NCBI RefSeq assembly: GCF_001194135.2
Contig: NC_068990.1
Span: 47,769,516 to 47,818,612 of the forward strand
Reading direction: 5' to 3'
Source of the DNA: Octopus bimaculoides
Taxonomy: Eukaryota
DNA length: 49,097 bases
Below the pieces are notes generated by a model. The model worked only from the letters and a program-made list of their open reading frames with translations. It was not told the origin of the DNA and searched no databases. Made by a program: the position numbers and the translations under genes. Of the stretch, positions 1 through 10,747 are shown one piece after another (the first letter of the stretch is position 1; every line of letters starts with the position of its first letter).

Positions 1-3
1 TAA

Positions 4-291
4 TGTGGTGTATGCGTGCGAGTAGATGTAATCGCCTTACCTCGGTTTTCCTTTCGTCGACTGCGAGTCTGTCTTGCGGTATCCAATCCTTGAAGCTTGC
101 CCCGACCCAAAGAACACCAGGAATAGCAGCTGCTTCTCCCAAACCTAGACCGTCGCTTAACACGTCTTGTCCTGACCACAACCCTGTTCGAAAAGGGCAC
201 GAATCCCGATCGAGGCTCCCTCTGCCCTTTTTCCCCTTCCGGTCAACTCGCCCTTCTGGTCAGCCTCCCCAGACACTGACGTCATACCACA
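4..291. mobile_element. Probable solo LTR (288 bp)
   Basis: Starts TGTGGT and ends ACCACA (6-bp terminal inverted repeat, TG...CA). Right flank is TGTAA and the three available left-flank bases are TAA, consistent with a 5-bp TSD. GC- and CpG-rich compared with the rest of the window. Confidence 0.6.
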
Positions 292-987
292 TGTAAATCT
301 TCCACTGAGGAGGGATTGGATTTCCAACAAAGATACAAGGCTCCATCTTTGGGATGTAGCTAACACAGGCCTCTACCACCTTCATTTCTGTTTCTGTGGA
401 AGTTCCCAGTTGTTGTCAGGGTTTTGCAGGTTTTGATATCTATGGAGTGGATTTCCTCTACAGACCAATCAAGTATCTCGCATTGTGGGATATTGTTTTG
501 TTGTAAGAGAAGAGTTCCAACTGCCATATTTTCCTAAGTCTGGTGTAATATTCTCGGGTCACTCTATCTTTATTCACAGTGCCTTCATATGATACATTTT
601 TGTCTATGCCTAGGTACTTTTAACATTCTTTGTGTGAAATAGGGAGATAGAGTGACTGTCGATGCATAGGTTTTGGGTTTAAGGGACTGACTTTCCTCGT
701 TCTATAACCAAATATGAACATTTCTTTTGGCCAAATTCCATGCCTATATCAGCTGAAAATGTTGTTATTAATTCCAGTTGTTTTTTGGCATTGCTAACAC
801 TTTTAGTATAAATTTTCAGGTTGTCTACAAAGAAATTATGAGTTACATTGATATTTCTAGCAGTTGAAGATTGTAGCATGTAACCATTTGTTTTCTGCAG
901 TAGGAACGATAATGGATTCAGTGCCAAAATGAAAAGAAGTACAGAAAGGCTATCTCCCTGGAATATTCCCTTTGAAATCCCTATACT
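292..987 (-). mobile_element. R4/Dong-like (RLE-type) LINE, copy 1, 3' part of RT plus 3' UTR
   Basis: KGIFQGDSLSVLLFILALNPLSFLL...NFFVDNLKIY...MEFGQKKC (RT motifs 4-7, decayed). 296-368 is homologous to the 3' UTR at 5180-5251. Confidence 0.85.
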
Positions 988-3227
988 CATCATCATCATC
1001 ATCATCATCATCATTGTTTAACATCTATTTCCATGCTGGCATGGGTTGGATGGTTTAACTGAGGTCTGGAGAGCCAGCAGCTGCACCAGGCTCCAATCTG
1101 ATCTGGCAATGTTTCTACAGCTGGATACTCTTCTTAATGCCAACCACTTCAAGAGTGTCTAAGGTAGAGTTGGTGAGGTGTAAACTCATTTTTCTCCTTA
1201 CAGTGGGTGCTTTTTATGTGCCACCAGCACAGGAGCCAGTCAGGCAGGCCTGGCATCAATCACGTTCAGATGGTGCTTTTTATGTACCACCGGCATGGGA
1301 GCCAGTCAGGGAGTACTGGCATTGGCCATATTCTGATGGTGCCTTTTACGTGCCACCGGCACAGGAATCAGTCAGGTGGTACTGGCATCGGCAATGTCCT
1401 GATGGTGCTTTTTATGTATCACTGGCATGGGAGCCAGTCAGGTGGACCTGATATCAACCATGTTCGGATGGTGTATTTTACATGCCACCGGCATGGGAGC
1501 CAGTTAGGGGGCACTGGCCACAGCTATGGTATTGGTTTTACTTGACTCAACAGGTCTTCTCAAGCATATCATATCGCCCAATGCATCAAGAGTACTCTTA
1601 ACTGGACCGGACATGCATGGCAGCAATCTCACTTTGGTTGTCAAGTCTTCTCAATCACAGCATATCTCCAAAGGTCTCGGTCTCTTGTCATTGCCTCTGT
1701 GAGGCCCCAATGTCCAAAGATCATGCTTAACCACCTCATCTCATGTCTTCCTGGGTCTGCCGCTTCCACAGGTTCCTTCCACAGTTAGGGAGTAGCACTT
1801 CCTCACACACCAGTCCTCATCCATATGTAACAAATGACCATACCAGCACAGTCGTCTCTCTTGCACACTACATTTAATGCTTCTTATGCACAACTTTTAT
1901 CTCAGAGTGCTTACAGTTGTCGCATATGCACACTGACATTACACATCCAGTGGATCATGCTAACTTCATTTCTTTCAAGCCTACATATGTCCTCAGCAGT
2001 CATGGCCCATGTTTCACTACCGTGTAGCATGGCAGTTCGAACACATGCATCATACAGTCTACCTTTCATCCTGAGCGAAAGGCTCTTAGTTGCCTGCAGA
2101 GGTAGGAGCTCCCTGAACTTTGCCCAGGCTATTCTTATTCTAGCTGTTACACTCTCAAAACAACCGCCCCACTACAGACTTGGTCGCCTAGGTAGACGAA
2201 GCTATCAACTACTTCTAGTTTCTCTCCCTGGCATGTGATGGAATCTGTACACATCTTTAGTGTTTATTGCCCCTGTGCATCATCCACACACAAAAACTAT
2301 TTTCCTGGTTAACCTTCCTTTGATATTGCTGCGCTTTTTATGTGTCCATAGCTTACACAAGGTGCATTGTATGGAGTTTCTACCCAAACCTTTTCTACAG
2401 AGCGAGTAGAGCCATCTACCTGAAGGGGTGTGTGATTTGACAGCCTTCCTACTTACTAAGACTTTGGTTTTTGCTAGGTTAACCCTAAGGCCCTTCAATT
2501 CTAGACCTTGCTTTCACACTCTGAATTTCGTCTCTAGTTCTGGTAGTGATTTAGCTATTAGAGCAAGCTCCTCAGCATAGAGGAGCTCCCAGGGGCTGCC
2601 TGCCTTGAATTCCTTTGTTGTTGCCTGGTGGACTATAATAAATAAGAGGAGGCTGAGAGCTGATCCTTGGTGAACCTCTACTTCTACTTGGAATACTTCA
2701 CTATACTTGTTACCAACCCTCACCTTACTGACAGTATCCCAGTACAGGGCTTGTACAGCTCTTACCAACCACTCGTCTATCCCCTGTTTCCACATTGACC
2801 ACCAAATAAGGGATTGAGGGACCCTGTCAAAGGCTTTCTCCAAGTCAACAAAAGCCAAATACAGAAGTTTATCTTTGGCTAGGTATTTCTCTTGCAGTTG
2901 TCTTACCAGAAATATAGCATCAGTGGTGCTTCTGCCTGGCACAAAACCAAACTGCATCTCATCTAGGATAACTCTCTCCCTAATTAGTTGGGTTATAACC
3001 CTCTCTGTAACTTTCATCATCTGGTCCAATAATTTAATACCCCTGTAGTTATTTCTATCTAAAGCATCACCTTTATCCTTGCAGCAGTTGACTATGGTGC
3101 TGCTACACCAGTCATTGGGTATGACTCCTTCATGAACTACCTGATTTACGATGCAGGTGATAAGACCATAACCCACACTGCCCGATATTTTAAGCCCATA
3201 ACCCACACCACCCGATATTTTAAGCCC
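988..3227 (-). mobile_element. 5'-truncated RTE-clade LINE nested in the R4-like RT
   Basis: NYRGIKLL, QFGFVPGRSTTDAIF, AFVDLEKAFDRVP, VHQGSALS and ELLYAEEL motifs with frameshifts. 3' tail ends in (TGA)n, seen as (CAT)n at 988-1014. Confidence 0.92.
1204..1535 (+). repeat. 66-bp minisatellite (about 5 copies) in the RTE 3' tail
   Basis: Repeating unit ggtgcttttta(t/c)gtgccaccggca...cagtcagg...ggcat..gat. Gives the 22-aa periodic ORF GAFYVPPAQEPVRQAWHQSRSD. Confidence 0.85.
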
Positions 3228-4900
3228 AGCAGTAATTAAGGTAGTAGGTGCTTTTGCCAGATGTAGGCACTTCAACAGCCATGAATGTGGGATAGAGTCG
3301 AATGCCTTCCTATAGTCAAACCATACTCTCACAAGGTTTCTATGCTGTTTTCTTACTTCAGACAGTACAGCTTTGTTTATTAAAAGTTGTTTGGCACATC
3401 CTCACACTACCTTCTTTCCACCAGCCTGTCACAATGTTGTTTGACTCACAATGGTCCTGGAGTAATTGGTTGAGGTAGCTTGCATACAGTTTGTACATAA
3501 TGTTTAGGCAAGCAATGAGCCTGTAGTTTCCTGCCATCTCGGTGATTTCATTTTTGGCAACACGATTTGTTCTTGCTGTAGCAAGCCAATTTAGTATCTA
3601 ACCTTCCATAGTCCTTTTGAACATACATATCAATTGGTTTCTATAAATTGTCAGCTTCTTATACCAATATCCAATTATTAGGTCCCTTACAGGTGCCTTC
3701 CCATTCTGCAGTTTGCCTACTGCTATAGCAAAGGTTTCTGCATCAATTTTGTATGTTTTACTGTTAGTGTTTGTACACTATTCTCTCTCAATTGTATTTA
3801 ACCATGATGCATTCATGTTGATATCTCTCTTTTCGTTCTGAATTTTTGACCAGAATGATTGTAGAACTTCTTGGGAGGTAACTTCCTTAATGGTAATGTT
3901 TTCCTTCCTCATCTCTCTGTATAATGCTTGTGGGTTGGAAGCAAACTTGTGATTGATACTGGCTTCAAAAATTTGCATGTGATATCAGAGTTTCTCACTT
4001 ATCGTACTTGGGTTCATGTTTTAAAGTGATTAGCTTTCCCTCAAGAGCTCAGTGTGTGAAGAGTTGCCATAAAGTTTTGTTAATTTTTGTCTAAGGTAGA
4101 GTTGGTGAGGTGTAAACTCATTTTTCTCCTTACATTTTATTGTTGTAGTTAACCAACCAATATGGCAGCGCACATTGTTGATGTTTTCTTCAAGTTTTAG
4201 TTTCCATTTAGGTTGTTTCCACTCAGTAGTTTCGTTACTTTGTTCACTGTCGATTTCTCTTAGGTGTTCTTTAAAAGTAATAGTGGCTGTGCATGTAAGA
4301 ATATTTATATTCCAGTAATTAACATCACATGATTCTATGTGATCTTCAGCGACATTGTTGATAATTTTAAACAGATCAGTCAGATTTTTTCTCACTCTTG
4401 TTGGGAATGGTCTATTGCTCAACGAAAGCTTTGAGAAAATATCAAAATTTTTGGCAAATTGTAATTTTAAAATGTTTTTGAATTGGATGTATTACACATT
4501 CTTCACAACTGAGTCAACTAAATTTGGAGCCACACCTGAATTTAGCAATGGTGGAAGTGGTGGTTTGTTTACATTATTTTTTACACCGCTTCTGGCAGAT
4601 TTTGGCCCATTCTCAGTGCTTTAAGAGGGTTGCAGACCAGCTGATTTGTTTTGTTTTAACAAAAAATGCTTGTTGTTGGAGCTATTTTGCTGTGAAGGTA
4701 TTTAAGTTGGGATGAGCTTCATCTCAGTTTTGCTTTCACCACTTCATGTAACTGATTGAAGGGTCATCTTGGGCTTTTTCATAACATCAAAATAAATCTT
4801 GGTTTAGTTGTTGAGTCCAAGTAAAATGAGAAGAGTACTTATGTCTTCTTAAATAGCTTACTGGTGAAGTAGTTCTGTTTTCATCGGTGGTGAGGCTAGT
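3228..4900 (-). mobile_element. R4/Dong-like LINE, copy 1, 5' part of ORF (N-terminal region and RT motifs 0-3)
   Basis: WFDYRKAFDSIPHSWLLKCL, NYRLIACLNIMYKLY, ASINHKFASNPQALYREM and QPKWKLKLEENINNVR fragments, with stops and frameshifts. Confidence 0.82.
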
Positions 4901-5179
4901 TTCATCTGTTAGTCTCAGCCATAATCATGTTAGTGAAATTCCATGTGGTGTAGATGTATATTTTAAAATCTGTTCGGGATAACGCTATGTTGGTGAGTAA
5001 AAGGTGTTTCTTTTATTGGAGAAATAAAGCAGTTACCAATTTAGGCTGGAGAAGTTGGCATATTTCTAGAGGAGGGTGTTCAAAACAGACTTTTTAAACA
5101 GTCCTCTTCACCAGCACATCTGATGTTGATGGCACCATATGTATGTATGTATGGATCTTCTATTTTTTAATTATCATAA

Positions 5180-6290
5180 ATCTTCCACTGAGGAGGGAGC
5201 CAGTTTCCAACAAAGATACAAGGCTCCATCTTTGGGATGTAGTTAACACAGACACATTCACATTTGGAACTTGAGAAAAATCTTGCATGTTTTTACTGTT
5301 CCACTCATAGATTGCACTTATAATGTATGAATTAGCCAGTCGATTTCTCTTTCTGAAAATCCCAGTTTATCCAGATTCTCCTTTAAGCATTTACTAACAA
5401 AACCTAGTGCTCCAATTATTATTGGTATGAATACGAATTCATAGTCTAGATATAGAAGCTTGAGATTTCGAAGCAATTGTCCATAGATATCCTCTTTTTT
5501 CTTTGATTTTCGATGAGATGTTTATATTTGCAGGGCAGCTCACCTCTATAATGGTACATACCTTTGCCCCTCGTGTCCCAAACAACAATATCCAGCCTGT
5601 TATGTTTACATTTGACAGAAGTTTTGATGGGAATACCAGTGTTCCTTGAGCTGGTGTTTATGAATGTATTCCATAACAGAGGGATTTTCTAAGCTAATTT
5701 TAAGACAGCTGCTAATCACATGCACGATGTCTTCCACAGAAACATGACATAACCTACATATGCGGTTGCACTTTGGGATTACAAGAGTGTCATTGTCTCT
5801 CTTGTTCACAAGGTACTTTCTGGCAATCTCCTGTTCATGAGCTGCAAATGCATAGCTTTCAAAGTGTGATGTGATGTAGTGGTCTTGTGTCCAAGAGAAG
5901 CTGCACTTCATGTCAATTCTACTGTCTTCTTCAAGCTTCCGGGCAACATACCCACGCATAATCTTTTTTTGCATGCTGAGTGTTTTCTATCCAGGTCTTC
6001 TCTGAGGTAAGAGAGTCCAGCTATTTTGGGGCTGTATAGGAGATCATCAGGAAGGGAGTACTTCTTGAGGAGCTCACTACCAACTCGTACAATGTTGCTC
6101 ACTTCACTTTTCAACACTGCATTTATATACTTATTTTTGCTGCTGTTGTTTAGCAGGGGCTGCCTGAGTGATACAATATGGCATTCAAAGGCTGTCTGCA
6201 CTGATTCCAGGCCTCTACCACCTTCATTTCTTCTTAGATAGAGCCTGTCAACATCACTGTTTCTGTGGAAGTTCCCAGAAACAAGATGGA
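5180..6290 (-). mobile_element. R4/Dong-like LINE, copy 2, C-terminal CCHC finger, RLE domain and 3' UTR
   Basis: GGRGL, CRLCHVSVEDIVHVISSC, then NRLDIVVW..EVSCP..KEDIYGQL..FIPIIIGALG. 3' UTR matches 296-368. Confidence 0.85.
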
Positions 6291-6304
6291 TGAACCTATG
6301 GTAG

Positions 6305-6470
6305 TACTAGCATAGCTAGAGTGTGTACTGCCTGGGGCAGCCCTTCCATTTGCTGGCCCCGGACCCCACAAAAACACATATTGCTTACAGCTGACCCAGA
6401 AATGGTGCCCCTTTAAAAGTGCCACCTGGGGTGGACTGCCCCTACCACCCCACTCCTAGCTACGCTCGTG
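6305..6470. mobile_element. Short MITE-like relic
   Basis: Imperfect termini agcatagctag ... ctagctacgct. Confidence 0.4.
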
Positions 6471-7039
6471 TATAGTAGGTTCAATGACTATCTAAAAATA
6501 GCATGGACCATCAGAAATCTAGGTTGGTGTCTGGCATGCTGGAAGACCACTAGGAGTGAAGCACTCAGCTTTTTCTAAAGCATGTCTCTAGGGGACAGTT
6601 ACTCTGATAAAAACGAGATATGCAGGGAATGATACAGGATATCTTGCGTGTTATGCAAGCCTTATTGGAATTTTAGGTTGCACAATTGCCAGTGAAGCAA
6701 TATTCTAATGCCTGGTTGAGCAGAAGGGTGCCATAGCAAGCATGGAAGCTGCAGTTGCAAACCTGAGTGAAGCCAAGCATGGGTGCAAAAACCTCATACA
6801 CAGGTATTGCCAGCATTTTGCATCAATGGTCACTGATGGTCTTCCTCAGTTATGAGTGGCTAGCTGTCATCATTATGATGTATGTACATATGTATGTATA
6901 TAAAAACTAATGTTAAATAATGATAATGATGATATACATGTATATGTGTGTGTGTGTGTGTGCGTGCGCGCGTGCGTGTACATACATACATACATACATA
7001 CATGCATACATGTCATCATAGTATTATCTACCAATGAGA

Positions 7040-7650
7040 CATGATGTTGTAGCTAGGACACTGCATAATGCGATCTGTCAGAAGGATAACGATAAGGCCA
7101 AATAAATAAGAACCTACAGTATAGTAGAAGCTATAGCCACTCATAACAAAAAGGAGTACTGGCAGAATGTACCACTGAAAACCTCAATAAAATGTAAACA
7201 TAATAGACCTAACATAGTAATTTGGGATAGAGAAGAGAAACTGTACAGTTGTGGAAATCAGCTGCTCAGCAGATATTAATATAAAGCTAAAGATCAGCAA
7301 AAAAGAAAATACCTACGCTGAACTTTAAGGACTCTATAGCTACTTTGTCCAGATTACAAGTTCAGGTTTATAACTGTAATTATTGGGGCCCTGAGATATG
7401 TAACACACTGCTTAAATATCAATCTCAAGAAATTAGGCTTCTCAAAAACCAGAAAAGAGAAAGCTGATTTGAAGACTACAGATCCAAGCCATCACTGGAA
7501 CTGTAAAAATCTGTAAAACTTTCCAAAAGTTTATCATTTAAGTTTATATGAGGATGTCTAGACATGCAACTATATGCATGAGAATACATACATAAAACAA
7601 AATATACACATCTGCACATAAACATACATACAAGCATAAATTAACAAAAT
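7040..7650 (+). mobile_element. 3' fragment of a second RLE-type LINE family
   Basis: KEYWQNVPLKTSIKCKHNRPNIVIWDRE...VEISCSADIN...KENTYAEL...FITVIIGAL (RLE PD..D/ExK region), decayed. Confidence 0.8.
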
Positions 7651-7789
7651 AAGGAAAATATTTCCAATTCACTTGTACAGTTGAATGTATAAGCTAGTAA
7701 ATGACTTTCTAACAGGTTTGAATATGCTCAAGCATATTTGAACTGGTAACAAATTTATATTTATACATATCACTACTTGCTCTTTGATT

Positions 7790-7854
<65 letters not shown>

Positions 7855-8179
7855 NNNNNNNNNNNNNNNNNNNNNNNNNNNNNNNNNNNNNNNNNNNNNN
7901 NNNNNNNNNNNNNNNNNNNNNNNNNNNNNNNNNNNNNNNNNNNNNNNNNNNNNNNNNNNNNNNNNNNNNNNNNNNNNNNNNNNNNNNNNNNNNNNNNNNN
8001 NNNNNNNNNNNNNNNNNNNNNNNNNNNNNNNNNNNNNNNNNNNNNNNNNNNNNNNNNNNNNNNNNNNNNNNNNNNNNNNNNNNNNNNNNNNNNNNNNNNN
8101 NNNNNNNNNNNNNNNNNNNNNNNNNNNNNNNNNNNNNNNNNNNNNNNNNNNNNNNNNNNNNNNNNNNNNNNNNNNNNNN
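7855..8179. other. Assembly gap (N), flanked by (TA)n. Other gaps: 34174-34273, 35246-35297, 38438-38715, 39624-40065
   Basis: Runs of N in the sequence. Confidence 1.
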
Positions 8180-8216
8180 ATATATATATATATAGGATCA
8201 GGTTTCACTTGTGGGG

Positions 8217-8723
8217 TGGTAAATATTTTGTAAAGGACTTCTTTGTATCCTGGTGTGAAATGATTTTTTCCACAAGTATTTTTCGAGTGCATTCAATGTA
8301 TCTAACCTCTAAACCCACCACAAGCCACATTTTTCTGGAAAAGAAAGGGGTAGTAGGGTGGTGGGGATTTAGGAATTTCCCACCAACAGAATTTTGATTC
8401 GCGGGTTTTTGTTTTTCTTTTCCAGGTTATTTTGCATACTTTCAATGAATATGACATTGAAATCATGTGTAAGCAGCTCCTTTCCTCAGAAAAGGAAAGA
8501 TTTGGTTGTTATTTCTAGCATGCCCTACTACCATGTAACAGCTATACGTGATAAAGGACTTGCTGATATTTTGCTGTGAAATAATTTTTTGACCCTTCCA
8601 CCATTTTCTTTTCTGGAAAAAAGTGGCTTGCAACAGGTTTGGAGGACAGATACATTGAATGCACTCGAGAAAAAAATTATTTCGCACAGAGGTACAAACA
8701 GGTCCTTTACAAAATATTTACCC
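8217..8723. mobile_element. Fold-back/MITE-like element with about 145-bp imperfect inverted arms
   Basis: ggtaaatattttgtaaaggac...cgagtgcattcaatgtatc at 8218-8365 is the reverse complement of 8585-8723. Confidence 0.7.
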
Positions 8724-9646
8724 ATGTTTATTTAGTAATACACAAATATACTGGTACAGAAGATTGTAAACAATGAAAGTAGCTGTAATAATTGTCTTGG
8801 TACCAGAAATCATTACAACATGGTTATTTACTATGGGAGGGAAAGATAGGGAGAAAAAGGGAAAAGGACAGAAAAAAAACCTAAAGAAAAGGAAAGGGAG
8901 AGAAAAAGGAAAGGGGAGGGGAAAGGGAGAAAAAATCTAAATCACTACATCCTGCAGTGATCACAGTAGGTACACTACCAATTGTGCAAACAACAATATT
9001 CACACAAATCTGTAGGTAGATGCACACCGCACACAAAGTGAAAAGAAATTACACTATTTCGCATGAGAGTCACTGTAACGTCTATTACAAAAACACTAAT
9101 GATTTGCTCTCTGTTTTTGTTTGTTTTTTTTTGCATTTCAGCGCTTTTGGTCTTGAACTGAACTATTCAACAGTTTATCTTCTTAATCTTGTTTTGCTCT
9201 ATTCCCTCTGCCATTTTGGAGGATGTTGTATGTGTGTGACTCTTGAAACTATTTTGATAGCGCTCTGTAAAGTTTTGTCACCTTTCTTTTCTTTTCCTCT
9301 CTCCCTCTTTTTCTTTTTCTTCTTCCCCCCCCCATTCTTGTGTATTTGCTGCTCTTTATCTCTCAAGGACTGCTGTTTGGTGGCGGAGGCATGCGTTGCA
9401 TGATCAAGAGACCTGCCAGGTGGAGCAACTGTGTGACAATAGATCAACCTCTGACCTCTCATTCTCCACCAACTTTGGTATGCTTGAGAGAAGCTAACCT
9501 CTCTCCACCACGGGGTTCCGAACAGAATTAACCCTACCACTCCTACAACTTTCAACCCCCCTCACCACCTGACCTGCATACATACATACATATATATATA
9601 CACATACATATGTACATACATATGTACATACATATGTACATACACG

Positions 9647-10440
9647 CAGGGTGTTTCGGCTAAGTTTGACAATTTGCACAAAAGGAGAAGAAAACATAAT
9701 AATCCATCCAAAAATAAGAAGTTTTTTTTTTAAATTGAAAAATATCAGCTAGATTATAGCCAGGAGATAATAATTTATTCAAAGTAGCCACCCCCAGTTT
9801 CAACCATTGTCTCAAGACAGCTGCAGAACCTGGCACATGCATTCCTCCCTGTGCCTTTGGGAAGATCTTCAAACACCTTTTTGATCTTCATCACCAGCTC
9901 AGTCTTGGTGTTGCAGGTAGAGTTGTTGGTGTCTTTCTTAACTATGCCTCACATATAATAATCCATGGGATTACAACTAGGAGAATTAGGAGGCTAGAAA
10001 TTAGAGCTGGTGAAGTCAGAAATTTTCCAACAACCACTTCTGACTCTTTCTGGAGATATGGCAAGCATCCAAATCCTGCTGCCACACATATGACTTTCCA
10101 GCAGCAATCCTCTCCAGACAGGGATTGACCACAGTCTCTAGTAATTTCATATAGTGCAGTATGACATCATACTCACTGGAGACATAGCCAAACACTATCA
10201 CAGTTTGGGGAACACAGTTTTCATGGTGTCCACGTCATGACCTACAGCCTTTACATTGTTCCCAGAGCATTGATCTGCAGCCATGATATCCTCATTTTGA
10301 TACCCGGTGCATATCATCACGACACAGGTAACTCTTTTCCAATATTCAGATGGCTTCTAGTCTTTCATGTCAGCTAACTTTTTCCCAACTACAACTCTAA
10401 TCTTTATGCTCTCTAATGCCATTAACTGTTCACCAATACA
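9647..10440 (-). mobile_element. Tc1/mariner (maT/DD37D-like) transposase relic, 3' half
   Basis: YVWQQDLDACH and PPNSPSCNPMDYY motifs. Terminus begins CAGGGTG at 9647. Confidence 0.8.
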
Positions 10441-10520
10441 TGAAGCTGTTCCTGAAAAAAGGAGACATAAAAAAGATCATCAAATTTAGCCTGAACACCA
10501 CGTGTGTGTGTGTGTGTGTG

Positions 10521-10740
10521 TGTGAGGGATGCTGAAAAGTGCCTGGCTTTAAGGGTATCAGGAAAGGCTTGGTTGGAGGCCCAACCTTCCAAGTTCTTTT
10601 ACAGAGCTTAAAAGAACTGAAGGACCACTGCAATACGTGTGTGAATCTGAGAGGGGAATATGTTGTATAGAATCATAATTAACTGATCCTCCTGCATTTT
10701 CTTTTACTCAAAGCCAGGAACTTTTTAGCACCCCCTCATA
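10521..10740. mobile_element. Mariner-type MITE
   Basis: TIRs gagggatgctgaaaagtgcctggcttt and aaagccaggaactttttagcaccccctc. Confidence 0.8.
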
Positions 10741-10747
10741 TATATAT

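Noticed and set aside
1204-1535. CRISPR-like array (also 21335-21435 and 46230-46310)
   Set aside because: Units are contiguous tandem repeats without unique spacers, in eukaryotic DNA with no cas genes.
1137-1545. Periodic ORFs (GAFYVPPA... and MVLFM..H...)
   Set aside because: Translation of a 66-bp minisatellite in a LINE tail; no splice or homology support.
6805-6860. Minus-strand CTGAGGA-agac-catca...tgatg-caaaa hammerhead-like relic (also about 5085-5115)
   Set aside because: GAAAC/GTH half and stem I cannot be assigned.
7669-8397. Long ORFs containing X, HT/YI/CV runs (also 29341-29760, 32339-32688, 34082-34481, 38277-38836, 47073-47450)
   Set aside because: Artefacts of N-gaps and dinucleotide microsatellites.
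9142-9226. Plus-strand exon-like segment with good acceptor and GTATGT donor (AFGLELNYSTVYLL...)
   Set aside because: No recognisable homology and no partner exons.
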